Positions 41,872 to 52,115 of a stretch of 64,000 nt of DNA are shown here, in pieces. Each line of letters starts with the position of its first letter. The first letter of the stretch is position 1. Both the position numbers and the translations under genes were made by a program. The stretch lies in the NCBI GenBank assembly GCA_050012255.1, contig JBEKHN010000002.1, positions 144,118 through 208,117 on the forward strand, given 5' to 3'. The notes below the pieces were generated by a model. It worked only from the letters and a program-made list of their open reading frames with translations, made no database searches and was not told the DNA's origin. This DNA comes from Candidatus Bathyarchaeia archaeon. GTDB taxonomy: Archaea > Thermoproteota > Bathyarchaeia > Bathyarchaeales > Bathycorpusculaceae.

Positions 41872-42527
41872 AGCTTTGCAGCGGAAGGAAACTTCAATAC
41901 ACAATTCCTCTGCCCGCAAGACTCATCAGTTTTCTCAGAGGTAAGTCGGTAAAAACTGTCTTGGAACTCGGCTGTGGTTATGGCAGAGCCTGCTTTTTCT
42001 TGCATGAGAACGGTCTTTGCGTCGCAGGCGTTGACTTAGACAAGGCACAAGTCGGATTGGCTTTACAGGAAGCAAAATCGCGGAGGATTCACGATGGACT
42101 AGACTTTGTGGTCAACGATGCTGGAAATCTGTGTTTCCCAGACTCCTCTTTTGACGCGGTCACGATGCTAGGAGTCCTCACTCTGGTTCCAAAAGCCGAA
42201 AGGCCGAGAATAATGAACGAAGTTGAAAGAGTCCTAAAACAAGTGGGCTACGTCTTCATCGAAGAGTTTGGCCGAACATGGGAGAATCCAGTTTACAGGA
42301 AGAGATACAAGGAGGACTTGAAGGTCACCGGTGAATTGGGCACAATCACACTTAGGGACGACACTGGCAGGGTTCTGCATTTTGCACATCACTTCACCCG
42401 CAGAGAGCTGCTCAGTCTTCTCAGAGGCTTCCAAATTGTCAGTTTCGAAAAAGAGGTTTTCACAAGCTATTATCACAGAAACTGGGTCAAAGGAAACATC
42501 ATACTGGCCCAGAAACAGCGAAAATAG
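41868..42527 (+). CDS. class I SAM-dependent methyltransferase
   Basis: VLELGCGYG, FPDSSFD; ATGA overlap with the RHH gene. Confidence 0.85.
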   Translation: MKLCSGRKLQYTIPLPARLISFLRGKSVKTVLELGCGYGRACFFLHENGLCVAGVDLDKAQVGLALQEAKSRRIHDGLDFVVNDAGNLCFPDSSFDAVTMLGVLTLVPKAERPRIMNEVERVLKQVGYVFIEEFGRTWENPVYRKRYKEDLKVTGELGTITLRDDTGRVLHFAHHFTRRELLSLLRGFQIVSFEKEVFTSYYHRNWVKGNIILAQKQRK

Positions 42528-42574
42528 GTTTTCTGCATCAAAATGGCTTTGTGTAGGCTCCACTTATTATAACG

Positions 42575-43351
42575 TCAGTAGCTAGGTTTTCCTAGGTCTC
42601 TCACTTTCTTGGCTGTTTCCGCAGGGTTTTCTGCGAGTGTTATCTCTCTTCCCACGATCAGATAGCGCGCGCCAGCCTTGATGGCCGGTCGAACCGTTGC
42701 ACCTTGAGCTCCTATTCCAGGTGAGTATATTGGAACCTTTTCTCCCAGTATTTCGTGTACTTCTTTTATCTTCTCAGGGTATGTTGCGCCCACAACTGCG
42801 CCGTCTGCGTCGTATTTCAGAGCTTTTTTTGCGAAGTATATGTACTGAAACGTTTTCGTGCCGCTTTCAGTTTCGATTATTGTTTGCCCGTAGCCTTCAG
42901 CTGCGGCTTTGTGACTCATGTAGACGAGGAGGATCACCCCGCGGCCCAGTCGGCGTGCAACATCGAAGATGGGTTTCAACCCTTCTTCCCACCCTATGAA
43001 TGGGTTGGCTATTAGGGCATCGAAGCCCGCGGCATAGTAGTACTCAGCGATAACTTGGTTCGTGGCGCCGATGTCATTCGCCTTGCAGTCCATTATTGTC
43101 ATCAATCCGACATCGTGAGCCTTTCTGACAAGTTTTTCAACACCGTTAAACGTGCCCAGAGGAAGGACTAGGTGATGGTTGAATTTAACAGCGCAAATAT
43201 ATGCTTGCACAGTGTCCAGAACGTGTTCTGCCTTCATGGAAAGGGCCCTTCGGTTTTTTGGGTTTTCAAACGGAAAGTCAAAAGCCAAAACGACGTTGGA
43301 TTCCTTTTCTCTTGCTTTCTTTTCCATCTTGGCACGGAAAGACAAACTCAA
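42575..43351 (-). CDS. pyrF: orotidine-5'-phosphate decarboxylase
   Basis: DCKANDIGAT, MSH, VVGAT, SPGIGAQG, IVGR. Confidence 0.9.
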   Translation of the reverse strand: MSLSFRAKMEKKAREKESNVVLAFDFPFENPKNRRALSMKAEHVLDTVQAYICAVKFNHHLVLPLGTFNGVEKLVRKAHDVGLMTIMDCKANDIGATNQVIAEYYYAAGFDALIANPFIGWEEGLKPIFDVARRLGRGVILLVYMSHKAAAEGYGQTIIETESGTKTFQYIYFAKKALKYDADGAVVGATYPEKIKEVHEILGEKVPIYSPGIGAQGATVRPAIKAGARYLIVGREITLAENPAETAKKVRDLGKPSY

Positions 43352-43419
43352 ACGCCTCTCTCTACTTGGTGATAAGACTAAAAACTCTTTTGCTTCCTAC
43401 ACTTGCCCAACTGTTGTTC

Positions 43420-44004
43420 TTAGCTCATGTCTAAATCCTTCAGCGAAAGCTCTTGTTCTAGAGCCGACAGGAAAGCCATGGTTCTCGCGTATCTTTCCTT
43501 CGCAATTCTCTTAGCCGTAACGGTGTTTAGCAGATTATAGATGGGCTTCAATTCTTCAAAGCAGTCTTTCACAACGGTTTCAAAAGGTCTCTTGCCTAAC
43601 CAGTGGAATACTCTGGCAACGCCCGACGCTCCTAGCAGGTCGATTTTGTCAGCGTCCCAAACAATCTTCTCTTCCAGTGTTTCCAGCTTGTCTCTGAACG
43701 GAAGCGCGTGATGCAACACTATCCTCACGACTCTGTCACTCTTCTCATGAGGATAGTCTGTTCCGCTTAGAATCTCGCTTGCGAGTCTTGCTCCCGTTTC
43801 GTTGTGCGGTTCACCGACCGTTCGCCCTATATCGTGTAAGATGGCTCCTATCTGTACCAATTTGACATCTGCTTTTTCGCTCTTGGCTAAGAAAGTTGCA
43901 ATTCTGAAGACTCGATCAACGTGGGAGTAGGAGTGAACGGTCCCTTCCAGTGGAGCCATCTTCTCTTTAACGGTGATTGTCAAAGAATCTATCAATGGTC
44001 GCAT
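43420..44004 (-). CDS. HD-domain phosphohydrolase
   Basis: HSYSHVDRV, LHDIGR, DADKID. Confidence 0.88.
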   Translation of the reverse strand: MRPLIDSLTITVKEKMAPLEGTVHSYSHVDRVFRIATFLAKSEKADVKLVQIGAILHDIGRTVGEPHNETGARLASEILSGTDYPHEKSDRVVRIVLHHALPFRDKLETLEEKIVWDADKIDLLGASGVARVFHWLGKRPFETVVKDCFEELKPIYNLLNTVTAKRIAKERYARTMAFLSALEQELSLKDLDMS

Positions 44005-44090
44005 GTTATCACGGCGATTTGTGGTGTGTTTTCTACACTAAATTTAAAAGTTAAACCTTATAAAACATAAAGTAAAAAATCGCACACCGA

Positions 44091-44534
44091 GTGGCACGCA
44101 TGAAACCTCAACCAGTGTTGAGCAGTGAGTTGCGCAAACTCGTTGAATCTCGCATGAAGAGCAATCTAGAGGGGATAGAGCAAACGCTACAACAGATATT
44201 CGGAGCTCAGAAGCTCGGCCTGGAAGAATTGAGGGAAACAATAAAAGGACTTGAGGAGAGCTTCGACCTTCTGTCTCAGAAATGGAACCTCCAGATCCTC
44301 TACATACTATTCCTCAGAGAGACCACGGGGTTCGGCGAGCTGAAGAAGATTCTGAGGGCGAACTCTCGCACCTTATCGGACAAACTTAAAATGCTCAACC
44401 AGAATAGATACATCAGGAGGTCAGTGAACGAAGGTCCGCCTCTGAGAGTAGGATACTCGCTTACAACAAAGGGCCGCAATACAGTTCTTCTCGCACTGCC
44501 TTTTCTTTACTATTCCAGCAGCAACCTGACATGA
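44091..44534 (+). CDS. HxlR family winged-helix regulator
   Basis: KWNLQIL..FGEL..SRTLS..PPLRVGYSLT.KG. Confidence 0.85.
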   Translation: MARMKPQPVLSSELRKLVESRMKSNLEGIEQTLQQIFGAQKLGLEELRETIKGLEESFDLLSQKWNLQILYILFLRETTGFGELKKILRANSRTLSDKLKMLNQNRYIRRSVNEGPPLRVGYSLTTKGRNTVLLALPFLYYSSSNLT

Positions 44535-44618
44535 GAAATTAACAATTCTCCACATCGACTCCATTGCGTTTGGCGTCTGAGAAAAGGATATCAATGAAAA
44601 ACCTGCGGATTATGTACC

Positions 44619-45167
44619 ATGGTGAAATATGTCTATCTTTCTGAAAACAAACTTGGCGAAGAACAAAGACTTTGCATCGGTTTGTTAATGAAAGAATGTT
44701 TTGGTCATGTCGATCCTATAGAAGCTAGAGACTGTTTTTGTGCCGAGAGTTTTGCAAGGATTCTTGCCTGCAGTAATGGGAAGCTTATTGGACATTTGAG
44801 GCTGTTCAAAAGAAGAGTCGAGTTTGAAAAAAGAGAGGTCATTCTTGGAGGTATTGGGGGAGTCTGTGTGTCAGAGAGCATGAGAGAAAGGGGAATTGCA
44901 ACAAGGTTAGTTAGAAAAGGTCTTCAAGTTCTTAAACATGAGAAGGTTGACATCGCCTGCCTCAACGCTGACCTGTCAAGGGCTGGCGACAAGTTTTACG
45001 AAAAGCTAGGATTCACCTTGATGAATAGAAAAATATCCTTCGAGGACATAGGTGGAAGGCTGAGATACGATGACGGAACAATGTTCATTCCAGTTTGCTC
45101 AAAAGAGATCTATCAACGCATAATGGATGGCAAGAAAACCTTTCATTACGGAAGAGGTTATTGGTAG
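44619..45167 (+). CDS. GNAT acetyltransferase
   Basis: GGVCV..RERGIA, FYEKLGF. Confidence 0.82.
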   Translation: MVKYVYLSENKLGEEQRLCIGLLMKECFGHVDPIEARDCFCAESFARILACSNGKLIGHLRLFKRRVEFEKREVILGGIGGVCVSESMRERGIATRLVRKGLQVLKHEKVDIACLNADLSRAGDKFYEKLGFTLMNRKISFEDIGGRLRYDDGTMFIPVCSKEIYQRIMDGKKTFHYGRGYW

Positions 45168-45203
45168 AGTCTCTGTTGTTACTTTGGTTGCTGAATGGTC
45201 TTT

Positions 45204-45899
45204 TTATTCAGAATTGTTTTGAAATACTTCGGCAGCTTCGATTTTTCCTCCTGAGCACTGTTTGATTAGTGACAATGCTGCTGCTACAGCCTCTCTCAGC
45301 CCGTTCCGCAATATCCCTGGAGCACCATATCCGACTATGACTACATTTCGTGTTTCAATCATAATCTTTGTGTGGTCAGAATCGCGGTAAGGATAGATGC
45401 TAAGGACCTGTTTTCTATCTGTTAAAACAAGAATCTTTCCCGTCAAAGAGATCGGTGCTTTCAAGCCAATTCCAGTGAAGGCTTCACCGTTTCTGGCAAA
45501 ACGAACTTGAAACGGTGGAGCTATGCAGTCACGGTCGAATCCGCTCATTGGAACCATAGTTTTCACAGATGCCAGATTGTAAGCGTCCACAACCGTGGAT
45601 ATGTTTGGAAGCTCGTCACCACGCAAGACTCTTCGAACTAAGGCTTCACCAGCGGGCCTTGTCTTCGTTGGGTCAATGCCAAGCTTCCAATAAAAGTCCC
45701 GATAGTCTCTCACAGTCGAGTCATCTTTCAGGTCCACAATGTTATATTTGCTTCTGACCTCTTCGTACAGGATTTTCTTGAGTTGCCGGAGCTGCTCGTT
45801 GTCTTTTCGTGCAGTAACACCGTTGATCAGTCCTATACAGATCGCAAGTTGGGATAACTTTTCAGAGACTTCAGGGCTCCAGTTAACGTCTATTTGCAT
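45204..45899 (-). CDS. B3/4 domain protein
   Basis: GIDPTKTRPAGEAL, VVDAYN, YPYRDS. Confidence 0.85.
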   Translation of the reverse strand: MQIDVNWSPEVSEKLSQLAICIGLINGVTARKDNEQLRQLKKILYEEVRSKYNIVDLKDDSTVRDYRDFYWKLGIDPTKTRPAGEALVRRVLRGDELPNISTVVDAYNLASVKTMVPMSGFDRDCIAPPFQVRFARNGEAFTGIGLKAPISLTGKILVLTDRKQVLSIYPYRDSDHTKIMIETRNVVIVGYGAPGILRNGLREAVAAALSLIKQCSGGKIEAAEVFQNNSE

Positions 45900-45978
45900 T
45901 TTCGTGCACCATTCAGTTCTTATTTTGGCCTCTGCATACTTAATAGCTTCAAGCAGAATCTCAACCAAAGGCTAAGAA

Positions 45979-46872
45979 ATGATCGGTGAGCTTGCGGCGT
46001 TGGGCGCTGCTATCAGTTGGACAGTGTCAGCATTATTCTATGGAAAAGCGCTGCAACAGGCTAGGCCGATCTCTGCAAACATCATTCGCCTGACGTTGAC
46101 AGGCTCGATTTTGCTCTTGTTCCTCGTTTTTTTAGGCAAACTCACATTCTTGACTGATTTACCTATAGAAGTCGTTGCCATCTCAGCCGTCAGTGGCATA
46201 ATTGGTCTGGGCTTAGGTGACACTTTATATCTGGTGAGTCTGAGCCGAATAGGCGTTGCACGAGCTGTTCCGATAACCTGCGTTTATCCATTGTTCAGCC
46301 TTGTATGGGCTGTTTTCCTCGTAGGTGAGCCGATCACTTGGGCCGTTGTCCTCGGGGCCGTCGTCATAGTTGGCGGGATATGGTTTCTTGGCCAGGGCAT
46401 CCATGCAGGCGAAGTTGATACAAAGAAGAAACCGTTGGTCATTGGCATGATCTTCGCCCTTCTAACTGCCATAGTGTGGTCCGTTAGTATCGCAATGATG
46501 GATATCGCAGTGAGAGAAACGCCGGACCTGAACCACGCTTTGGCCATCAACACGATGAGAGTGATCGCAATTGCGGCCTTTTTATTCGCGGCTTCTCCTC
46601 TGCTCGATCGGAAACTGGGCTTTCTGAAGGTGCCGAAGAAAACCGTGATGGCCTTGGTTGCTGGCGGAATCGTCGCACTGGGTCTCGGATGGTTTTTCCT
46701 GGCGTACAGTTTCGTGGAGATTGCACAATCTCGGGCTGTTCCAATATCTTCAACGACCCCCCTCTTTTCGACGCTAGCCAGTGTTTTCCTGTTGCGTGAA
46801 AAAGCCACTGCCCGAACTGCTCTTGGATCGATAATGATCGTGGTTGGAATTTTCCTAGTCTTTCTAGCATAA
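45979..46872 (+). CDS. DMT/EamA family transporter
   Basis: About 10 TM segments in two repeats. Confidence 0.85.
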   Translation: MIGELAALGAAISWTVSALFYGKALQQARPISANIIRLTLTGSILLLFLVFLGKLTFLTDLPIEVVAISAVSGIIGLGLGDTLYLVSLSRIGVARAVPITCVYPLFSLVWAVFLVGEPITWAVVLGAVVIVGGIWFLGQGIHAGEVDTKKKPLVIGMIFALLTAIVWSVSIAMMDIAVRETPDLNHALAINTMRVIAIAAFLFAASPLLDRKLGFLKVPKKTVMALVAGGIVALGLGWFFLAYSFVEIAQSRAVPISSTTPLFSTLASVFLLREKATARTALGSIMIVVGIFLVFLA

Positions 46873-46960
46873 AACCGTTCTTTTCTGAAACCGTGTATAG
46901 CTTTTTATAGTGCGTGCCGTTCTAAGGGGGAACTTGGCGGATTTGCAAGGTAGAGATTGA

Positions 46961-47734
46961 ATGTCGGCGTCTCCGAGCGCTCGCGAGTCGGTTCTGGCCC
47001 GAAGAATCGCTGGCGAGATAATTCTCTCAAGCAAGCCTGGAGCTACTATGCGGAAGTGGCGTGAACTTTTCGCTATTTCACAGATGAGACTTTCAGACAA
47101 GATGGTGGTTTCATCATCAGTGATCAGCGACTACGAAAATGGCAGGCGGCCGAGTCCAGGAGCAAGGTTTGTGAGAAGATTTGTTTGGGCCTTGCTGAAA
47201 ATCGATGAAGAACGTGGAAGTCGTTTCACACACGAGTTTGCCAAACTGACGAGTTCGCCGAGTAACGCCATAATAGACCTTCGCGAATTCCCACTGCCCG
47301 TGCGCGTAGAGCATCTGTGCAAAGCCATCGAGGGCAAAGTCGTGGCATGCATGGACAGATACGTTAGAGAGATTAACGGTTACACTGTTGTGGACAGCAA
47401 GAGGGCTGTTGAAACGCTTTCAGGGCTGGAGTTCTCTCAACTCTTCGGTGTCACAACCGAGCGGGCGTTGATATTCACAAACATAGAAGATGGCATTTCT
47501 CCCATGCTCATCGTGCGGGTCAGTAGTTTGAAGCCGCGCGTTGTGATCTTTCACGGTACCCAGCCGGACGAGTATTCGATACGGTTGGCGGAGTATGATG
47601 GCATCCCGCTCATATACTCCGGCCTTTCAAGTGTTGAGCGTCTGGTGAAATCTTTGAGAAAACTGTATCACATCGCCCTTCGCAGAAAGCTAGGCAGATC
47701 GGCACGTCCGCCGCCTCCACAAGTAAGCGCATAA
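46961..47734 (+). CDS. archaeal XRE-HTH regulator
   Basis: IAGEIILS.KPG..RKWRE.F, SVISDYE.GRR.SPG, GYTVVDS. Confidence 0.82.
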   Translation: MSASPSARESVLARRIAGEIILSSKPGATMRKWRELFAISQMRLSDKMVVSSSVISDYENGRRPSPGARFVRRFVWALLKIDEERGSRFTHEFAKLTSSPSNAIIDLREFPLPVRVEHLCKAIEGKVVACMDRYVREINGYTVVDSKRAVETLSGLEFSQLFGVTTERALIFTNIEDGISPMLIVRVSSLKPRVVIFHGTQPDEYSIRLAEYDGIPLIYSGLSSVERLVKSLRKLYHIALRRKLGRSARPPPPQVSA

Positions 47735-47766
47735 GAACCGTTCAGATCTTGACAACATAAAATCTG

Positions 47767-48399
47767 CTAAGAAATTGAAGGGCTGACAAGTCCCCTTTTC
47801 AAAAACTCGTCTTTTATCCGCTGGAAGTCTTCCTCCAACTGTTTCTTGTATCGCGCGCTGTATAGAGCTGCCGCAGGGTGAAAGGTCGGGAAGACTGCAA
47901 CCTTCAAGCGAAGAATAGATGTTTCATAAACCTTGCCCCGCGCCTGCGTTATGCTGCGGAAGGTTAACCTTGCTTTTGAGAGAATATATGCGGTTGAATG
48001 GTTGCCAAGAGTGACGATGAATCTTGGTTGGATAATGCCTATTTGCCTGTTCAAGTAAGGTGTGCAGGTTTCGATTTCACTGGGCCTAGGGTCACGATTT
48101 CTGGGGGGCCTGCACTTCACAACATTAGTGATGAAAACGTCTGCTCTTGAGAACCCGATTTCGGAGAGTAGAGTTTCTAAAAACTTTCCTGCTGCACCAA
48201 CGAAAGGTTCGCCCTTCAAGTCTTCTGATCGACCCGGAGCCTCTCCGATGAACAGCACTGGGCTTTCAGGATTGCCAACTCCTGGGACAGTCTTTTTGCG
48301 GCCTTTCCAAAGGTCGCACTTGATGCAAACCACGACTTCTGCAGCCACAGCGTCTAGAAGATGTTTGTTAGACAAGATGAGGCCTTCTGGCATCCTCAC
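47767..48399 (-). CDS. udg: family 4 uracil-DNA glycosylase
   Basis: CIKC, GEAPG, PFVG, KCRPP.NR, HPAA. Confidence 0.92.
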   Translation of the reverse strand: MRMPEGLILSNKHLLDAVAAEVVVCIKCDLWKGRKKTVPGVGNPESPVLFIGEAPGRSEDLKGEPFVGAAGKFLETLLSEIGFSRADVFITNVVKCRPPRNRDPRPSEIETCTPYLNRQIGIIQPRFIVTLGNHSTAYILSKARLTFRSITQARGKVYETSILRLKVAVFPTFHPAAALYSARYKKQLEEDFQRIKDEFLKRGLVSPSIS

Positions 48400-48428
48400 T
48401 GTTCCACGAATCTGTCAGAGGCCATTGC

Positions 48429-48731
48429 TCAGCACAGGTGTTTTAGGGCGTCAGCTCCTTTCATGCCTACTTCGACGCCTAGGCTTTTGGCCTTAGAGGT
48501 CACTGCTTTGACCTGTCCGTTGAGCACGTCATCAAAAGTCTTCACTCCGCTCACGACTGCCGCGGCTACGCCTAGTTTTTCAGCTGATTCGACGTTCAGG
48601 AAGCCGCACATGACGAAGCCTTTTTCGGCGGTGATGAGAAGAAGTGGTGGGCTATCAGGGAGATCTGTGCGGAGGCCCAAGCAACTCTTGCCGTCAACCT
48701 TAACCGTCATGATGCTTATCATGGCGAACAC
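48429..48731 (-). CDS. YunC/DUF1805 family protein
   Basis: KGFVMCGFLN, VSGVKTFDD, GMKG. Confidence 0.82.
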   Translation of the reverse strand: MFAMISIMTVKVDGKSCLGLRTDLPDSPPLLLITAEKGFVMCGFLNVESAEKLGVAAAVVSGVKTFDDVLNGQVKAVTSKAKSLGVEVGMKGADALKHLC

Positions 48732-48793
48732 CTTTTAACTGCACACATAACATATCCACGCTTAAATAAGAATCGCTGGAGAAACACCTGCCA

Positions 48794-49414
48794 ATGCTGA
48801 CGAGGCTGAAGCAGAAGATTCAATCCATGCTGGCGACTGAAGCAAGAATCGCACACAGAATCGGCCTCACGCCCAACAGGATAACCGTTCTCGGCGCTTT
48901 CCTAGCTTTCCTGTCAGCTTTTGTCTACGCAAAATGGCCAGCGAACCCCCTTCTTCTCTTGCTTGCAACCGTTCTGCTTTTGCTTTCAGGGTTCTGCGAC
49001 GCCTTGGACGGCGTGGTTGCCCGGTTGTTTGAAGAAACGACAGTGTTCGGTGGTTTTCTGGATTCTCTGCTCGACAGATACGCTGACGCTGCTGTATATG
49101 TGGGCATAGGTTTCGGAGGGCTGTGCAATCTCTATTGGGGTTTGACGGCGGCGATAATAGGTTCGTTGCTGGTGAGCTACAGTCGGGCCAGAGCCGAGGC
49201 TGCGGGATTGAAAATGGAATCGATCGGTCTTGCGGAGAGAGCGGAACGTGTGTTAATACTTGCCGTTGCAAGTCTAGTGGCGATGTTCTGGCAACCTACC
49301 ATGGTGATGAACGTGGCGATAATATTCCTTGCAGTGCTCACAAACCTGACGGTCTTGCAGAGAAGCCTCTACGTTTACGGCAAATCAAAGAAAAAAGTAT
49401 TGAGTGAAAACTAG
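48794..49414 (+). CDS. CDP-alcohol phosphatidyltransferase (archaetidylinositol-phosphate synthase-like)
   Basis: TPNRIT, DALDGVVAR..GGFLDSLLDR, VSYSRARAE. Confidence 0.88.
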   Translation: MLTRLKQKIQSMLATEARIAHRIGLTPNRITVLGAFLAFLSAFVYAKWPANPLLLLLATVLLLLSGFCDALDGVVARLFEETTVFGGFLDSLLDRYADAAVYVGIGFGGLCNLYWGLTAAIIGSLLVSYSRARAEAAGLKMESIGLAERAERVLILAVASLVAMFWQPTMVMNVAIIFLAVLTNLTVLQRSLYVYGKSKKKVLSEN

Positions 49415-49704
49415 AATCTTCTCGGTCGCGTGCGAATCCGTCGTTCGTTCTCTGCCCTTACCTTCACGACACCACGATGCACTGCACACGACACGCAATA
49501 GTACTTGGTCGTGGATGGACTCTCAATGTACGTGCCTTTCTGGCGTAGCTCCTTCGCCAGTTGATAATCAACGATGGAGTGTCTCCTGGTCACTTTCTTA
49601 GCCTTGTCACGGGGCACCATCGACCCGCAACTTGCACATTGAACGACACCGCTGCTGCCCTTACCGCCCTTTGACCTTCCGCGGCTCTTTCGTTTGAACG
49701 GCAA
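49411..49704 (-). CDS. rps26e: 30S ribosomal protein S26e
   Basis: KRKSRGR, CASCG..VPRDKA, YCVSCAVH. Confidence 0.95.
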   Translation of the reverse strand: MPFKRKSRGRSKGGKGSSGVVQCASCGSMVPRDKAKKVTRRHSIVDYQLAKELRQKGTYIESPSTTKYYCVSCAVHRGVVKVRAENERRIRTRPRRF

Positions 49705-49829
49705 CTTTTTCTTACTCCTACACTTCCTTTAAGCAAACAATCTGGTTTGCTGCTTTATATATCTGTCCCAACTCCAATTTCAAGACGCCGAGAAATCTTT
49801 TTACGTGTACAACGCTAGAAAGTGTCTCC

Positions 49830-50882
49830 ATGCGAAGAAATCGTGTTTTCCTGCTGTCCTCCTCAATCGTGCTTCTCGCTTTGGCCTTGACCTTTTCAAA
49901 TGTGAAGACAGGCCGCTCTGCGGTTGCAGCATCTGATTCGAAGGTTACGGTGCACTTCATCGACGTTGGTCAGGGTGACTCAATTCTGATTGACGCATCA
50001 GGCGTGGAAGTACTGGTAGATGGTGGTCCAACAGCGGCAGGTAACACGGTGTTGAGCTATCTTGGGGGTTTGGACGTGACGCACATCAGTTTGATGGTGG
50101 CTACTCACATGCACGAGGACCACATAGGAGGGCTGATCACCGTTTTGAGTTCAGCTATTCAGGTGGACGAAGTAATCATCAACAATGAATCGGACACCAC
50201 ACCGACATACACGCAGTTCATGACGCTCGCCAAAAGCCACACCCTCGTCGCGGCTCAGCGGGGACAAGTCTACAGCCTAACGGCAACGGCGAGCCTGACC
50301 GTGTTCAACCCGGTTCAGCCGCTTCAATTCACCGATCAAAACGAAAACAGCGTCGTAATGAAACTCCAAGCAGGCCAAACAAGCTTCCTGCTGGAAGGAG
50401 ACGCAAGCTCAGGCGCCGAGCAAAGCATGATCAGCTCCGGACTGAACCTGCGCAGCAACGTTTTGAAAGTCGGCCATCACGGAAGCGCATACGCTACATC
50501 AGACGCATTTCTCAACAGCGTCCAACCAACGTATGCCGTGATAAGCTGCGGGCTTAACAATCCTTACGGACACCCAGCCCCAGAAACAGTGCAAAGACTC
50601 CTCAACCACAACGTCACAGCATACGGTACCTACAGGTCAGGAACAATAATAGCAACAACAGATGGCACAACAATAACATTCCTTGACAGTCCAAATCCCA
50701 TCGCAGAATTCCCAACGATCCTCATGCCATCAATGCTGATACTAGTGGTCCTGTCAGCAACAATTCTGTTCCGGAAGAAATATCCCATTCATTCTCAGAA
50801 GCCCGTGGAAAGAAGTTTTCAGTCTCGCAAAACGATGCGATATTGTGGAACACAGGATGCCAGGTCGCCGGGGTTTAGCTGA
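49830..50882 (+). CDS. secreted ComEC/Rec2-like metallo-beta-lactamase-fold hydrolase with C-terminal membrane anchor
   Basis: Signal peptide, DVGQGD, THMHEDHIGG, KVGHHGS, YGHP; IAEFP-TM-RKK is PEF-CTERM-like. Confidence 0.85.
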   Translation: MRRNRVFLLSSSIVLLALALTFSNVKTGRSAVAASDSKVTVHFIDVGQGDSILIDASGVEVLVDGGPTAAGNTVLSYLGGLDVTHISLMVATHMHEDHIGGLITVLSSAIQVDEVIINNESDTTPTYTQFMTLAKSHTLVAAQRGQVYSLTATASLTVFNPVQPLQFTDQNENSVVMKLQAGQTSFLLEGDASSGAEQSMISSGLNLRSNVLKVGHHGSAYATSDAFLNSVQPTYAVISCGLNNPYGHPAPETVQRLLNHNVTAYGTYRSGTIIATTDGTTITFLDSPNPIAEFPTILMPSMLILVVLSATILFRKKYPIHSQKPVERSFQSRKTMRYCGTQDARSPGFS

Positions 50883-50888
50883 AGCGAA

Positions 50889-51779
50889 TCAGATGTCCTT
50901 TCTTAACTTCAGAATCGACGCGATGTTCGCTTTCTTGTCGATTCTCGGGACGATTTTTCCGGTGGAAGATGTGAACAGTGTTGTGACCCCTGGGCCGTGA
51001 CCGGCTATGACGCAGTTTGTGTGCACTGTGATGCCGACTGAGATCGCGCCTTGTTTGTATATCCTTCCGAAGGTGTGGTCTGCGTCAATTATGGCAACGA
51101 GGTCTCCTAGCCTCAGGTCGCCGAGGCCAAACTGTTTCCTCACTTTTTCATCGAAGAGCTGAATGTCATAGTCTCCGGAATAAGTCTGGTTGGCGCCGAG
51201 TCCTGAGCCCATGATAGCGGCTGGAACGATGTGAGTGACCGGAACCTCCAGCTTGTCACCTTTCAATCTGGGTTTCATCGCTGTCAGAAACTTAGGGTCC
51301 AAATTCATCACCGTGACGTGAGGAGCGTCTAACAGTTGGAGGCCAACTCCGAAAGCTTTGACGAGAAACTTGTCCCCGATCACAAGTTTGTCCATGACGT
51401 CGGGCTGAACATCGACTAGCACGTGTTCTATGCCGCCATGCTTGCCCGTGACAACTCCTTTTGAACCCTTGGCGTCGCCACTTATTATCGCGGCCTCGTT
51501 CCCAACGCATGAGAGCACGTTGAAGGCGGCGTTTGCGCCTTGTCCAAAGCGCGGGTCGTTCTCTCTGTTTTCAACGCTTACTCCCGGTTCAACATGATCG
51601 GCTTGCCATCCTGAGGCCGGGTCGCCTACCCTGATGTTGTAGGTGATTCCTCCGACGCCTGGCAAAACTACCGGGTTGCCTTGGGCAGTGATCCTGTAGA
51701 CGTCTCTTCCGAACACGGGGCTCACTACTTCGCCGACGACCGAGATCTTCACTAACTTGTCCTCGTTGGTTCTCAGCAT
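50889..51779 (-). CDS. DUF4438 family protein
   Basis: GGITYN, DHVEPG, CVGN, GKHGG, GSGLG, GDYDI, GHGPG. Confidence 0.8.
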   Translation of the reverse strand: MLRTNEDKLVKISVVGEVVSPVFGRDVYRITAQGNPVVLPGVGGITYNIRVGDPASGWQADHVEPGVSVENRENDPRFGQGANAAFNVLSCVGNEAAIISGDAKGSKGVVTGKHGGIEHVLVDVQPDVMDKLVIGDKFLVKAFGVGLQLLDAPHVTVMNLDPKFLTAMKPRLKGDKLEVPVTHIVPAAIMGSGLGANQTYSGDYDIQLFDEKVRKQFGLGDLRLGDLVAIIDADHTFGRIYKQGAISVGITVHTNCVIAGHGPGVTTLFTSSTGKIVPRIDKKANIASILKLRKDI

Positions 51780-51899
51780 TCAGCATCCCCCATTAGAGTA
51801 GGTCCTTTGAAGGGCGGAAACTAATAAAACTTGGCCTCAACGGTTCTGTGAAGTCTTAGGTTGACAAGGGCCCTTCGAAAAATCGGATGATGACCGTTT

Positions 51900-52115
51900 T
51901 CATCTTTCCTGTGTTGTTTTTCCCCAACCTATTCCGTTCCAAATTCTTTCGTGGAAATAGTAGGCTATCGTTGTATAGATATTGCTAATAACCGCAAATC
52001 CCAACGCTGCATCAAGTCTGCCAGTAAGAATGTAGATCACTGTTACGTCTAACACAACAATCGTGAGCCTGTAGGTGAGCGACTTCACTATTGATCTTGA
52101 ATGTTTTTCCTGCAA
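51900..52115 (-). CDS. DUF2061 membrane protein
   Basis: RSIVKSLTYR..YYFHERIW. Confidence 0.82.
   Translation of the reverse strand: MQEKHSRSIVKSLTYRLTIVVLDVTVIYILTGRLDAALGFAVISNIYTTIAYYFHERIWNGIGWGKTTQER

Noticed and set aside
42665-42672. GCGCGCGC inside pyrF
   Set aside because: It encodes Gly-Ala-Arg in an intact gene and is not a junction.
51839-51898. Short stem-closed element containing the AAGGGCCCTT palindrome
   Set aside because: Too little structure to distinguish from a terminator or operator.
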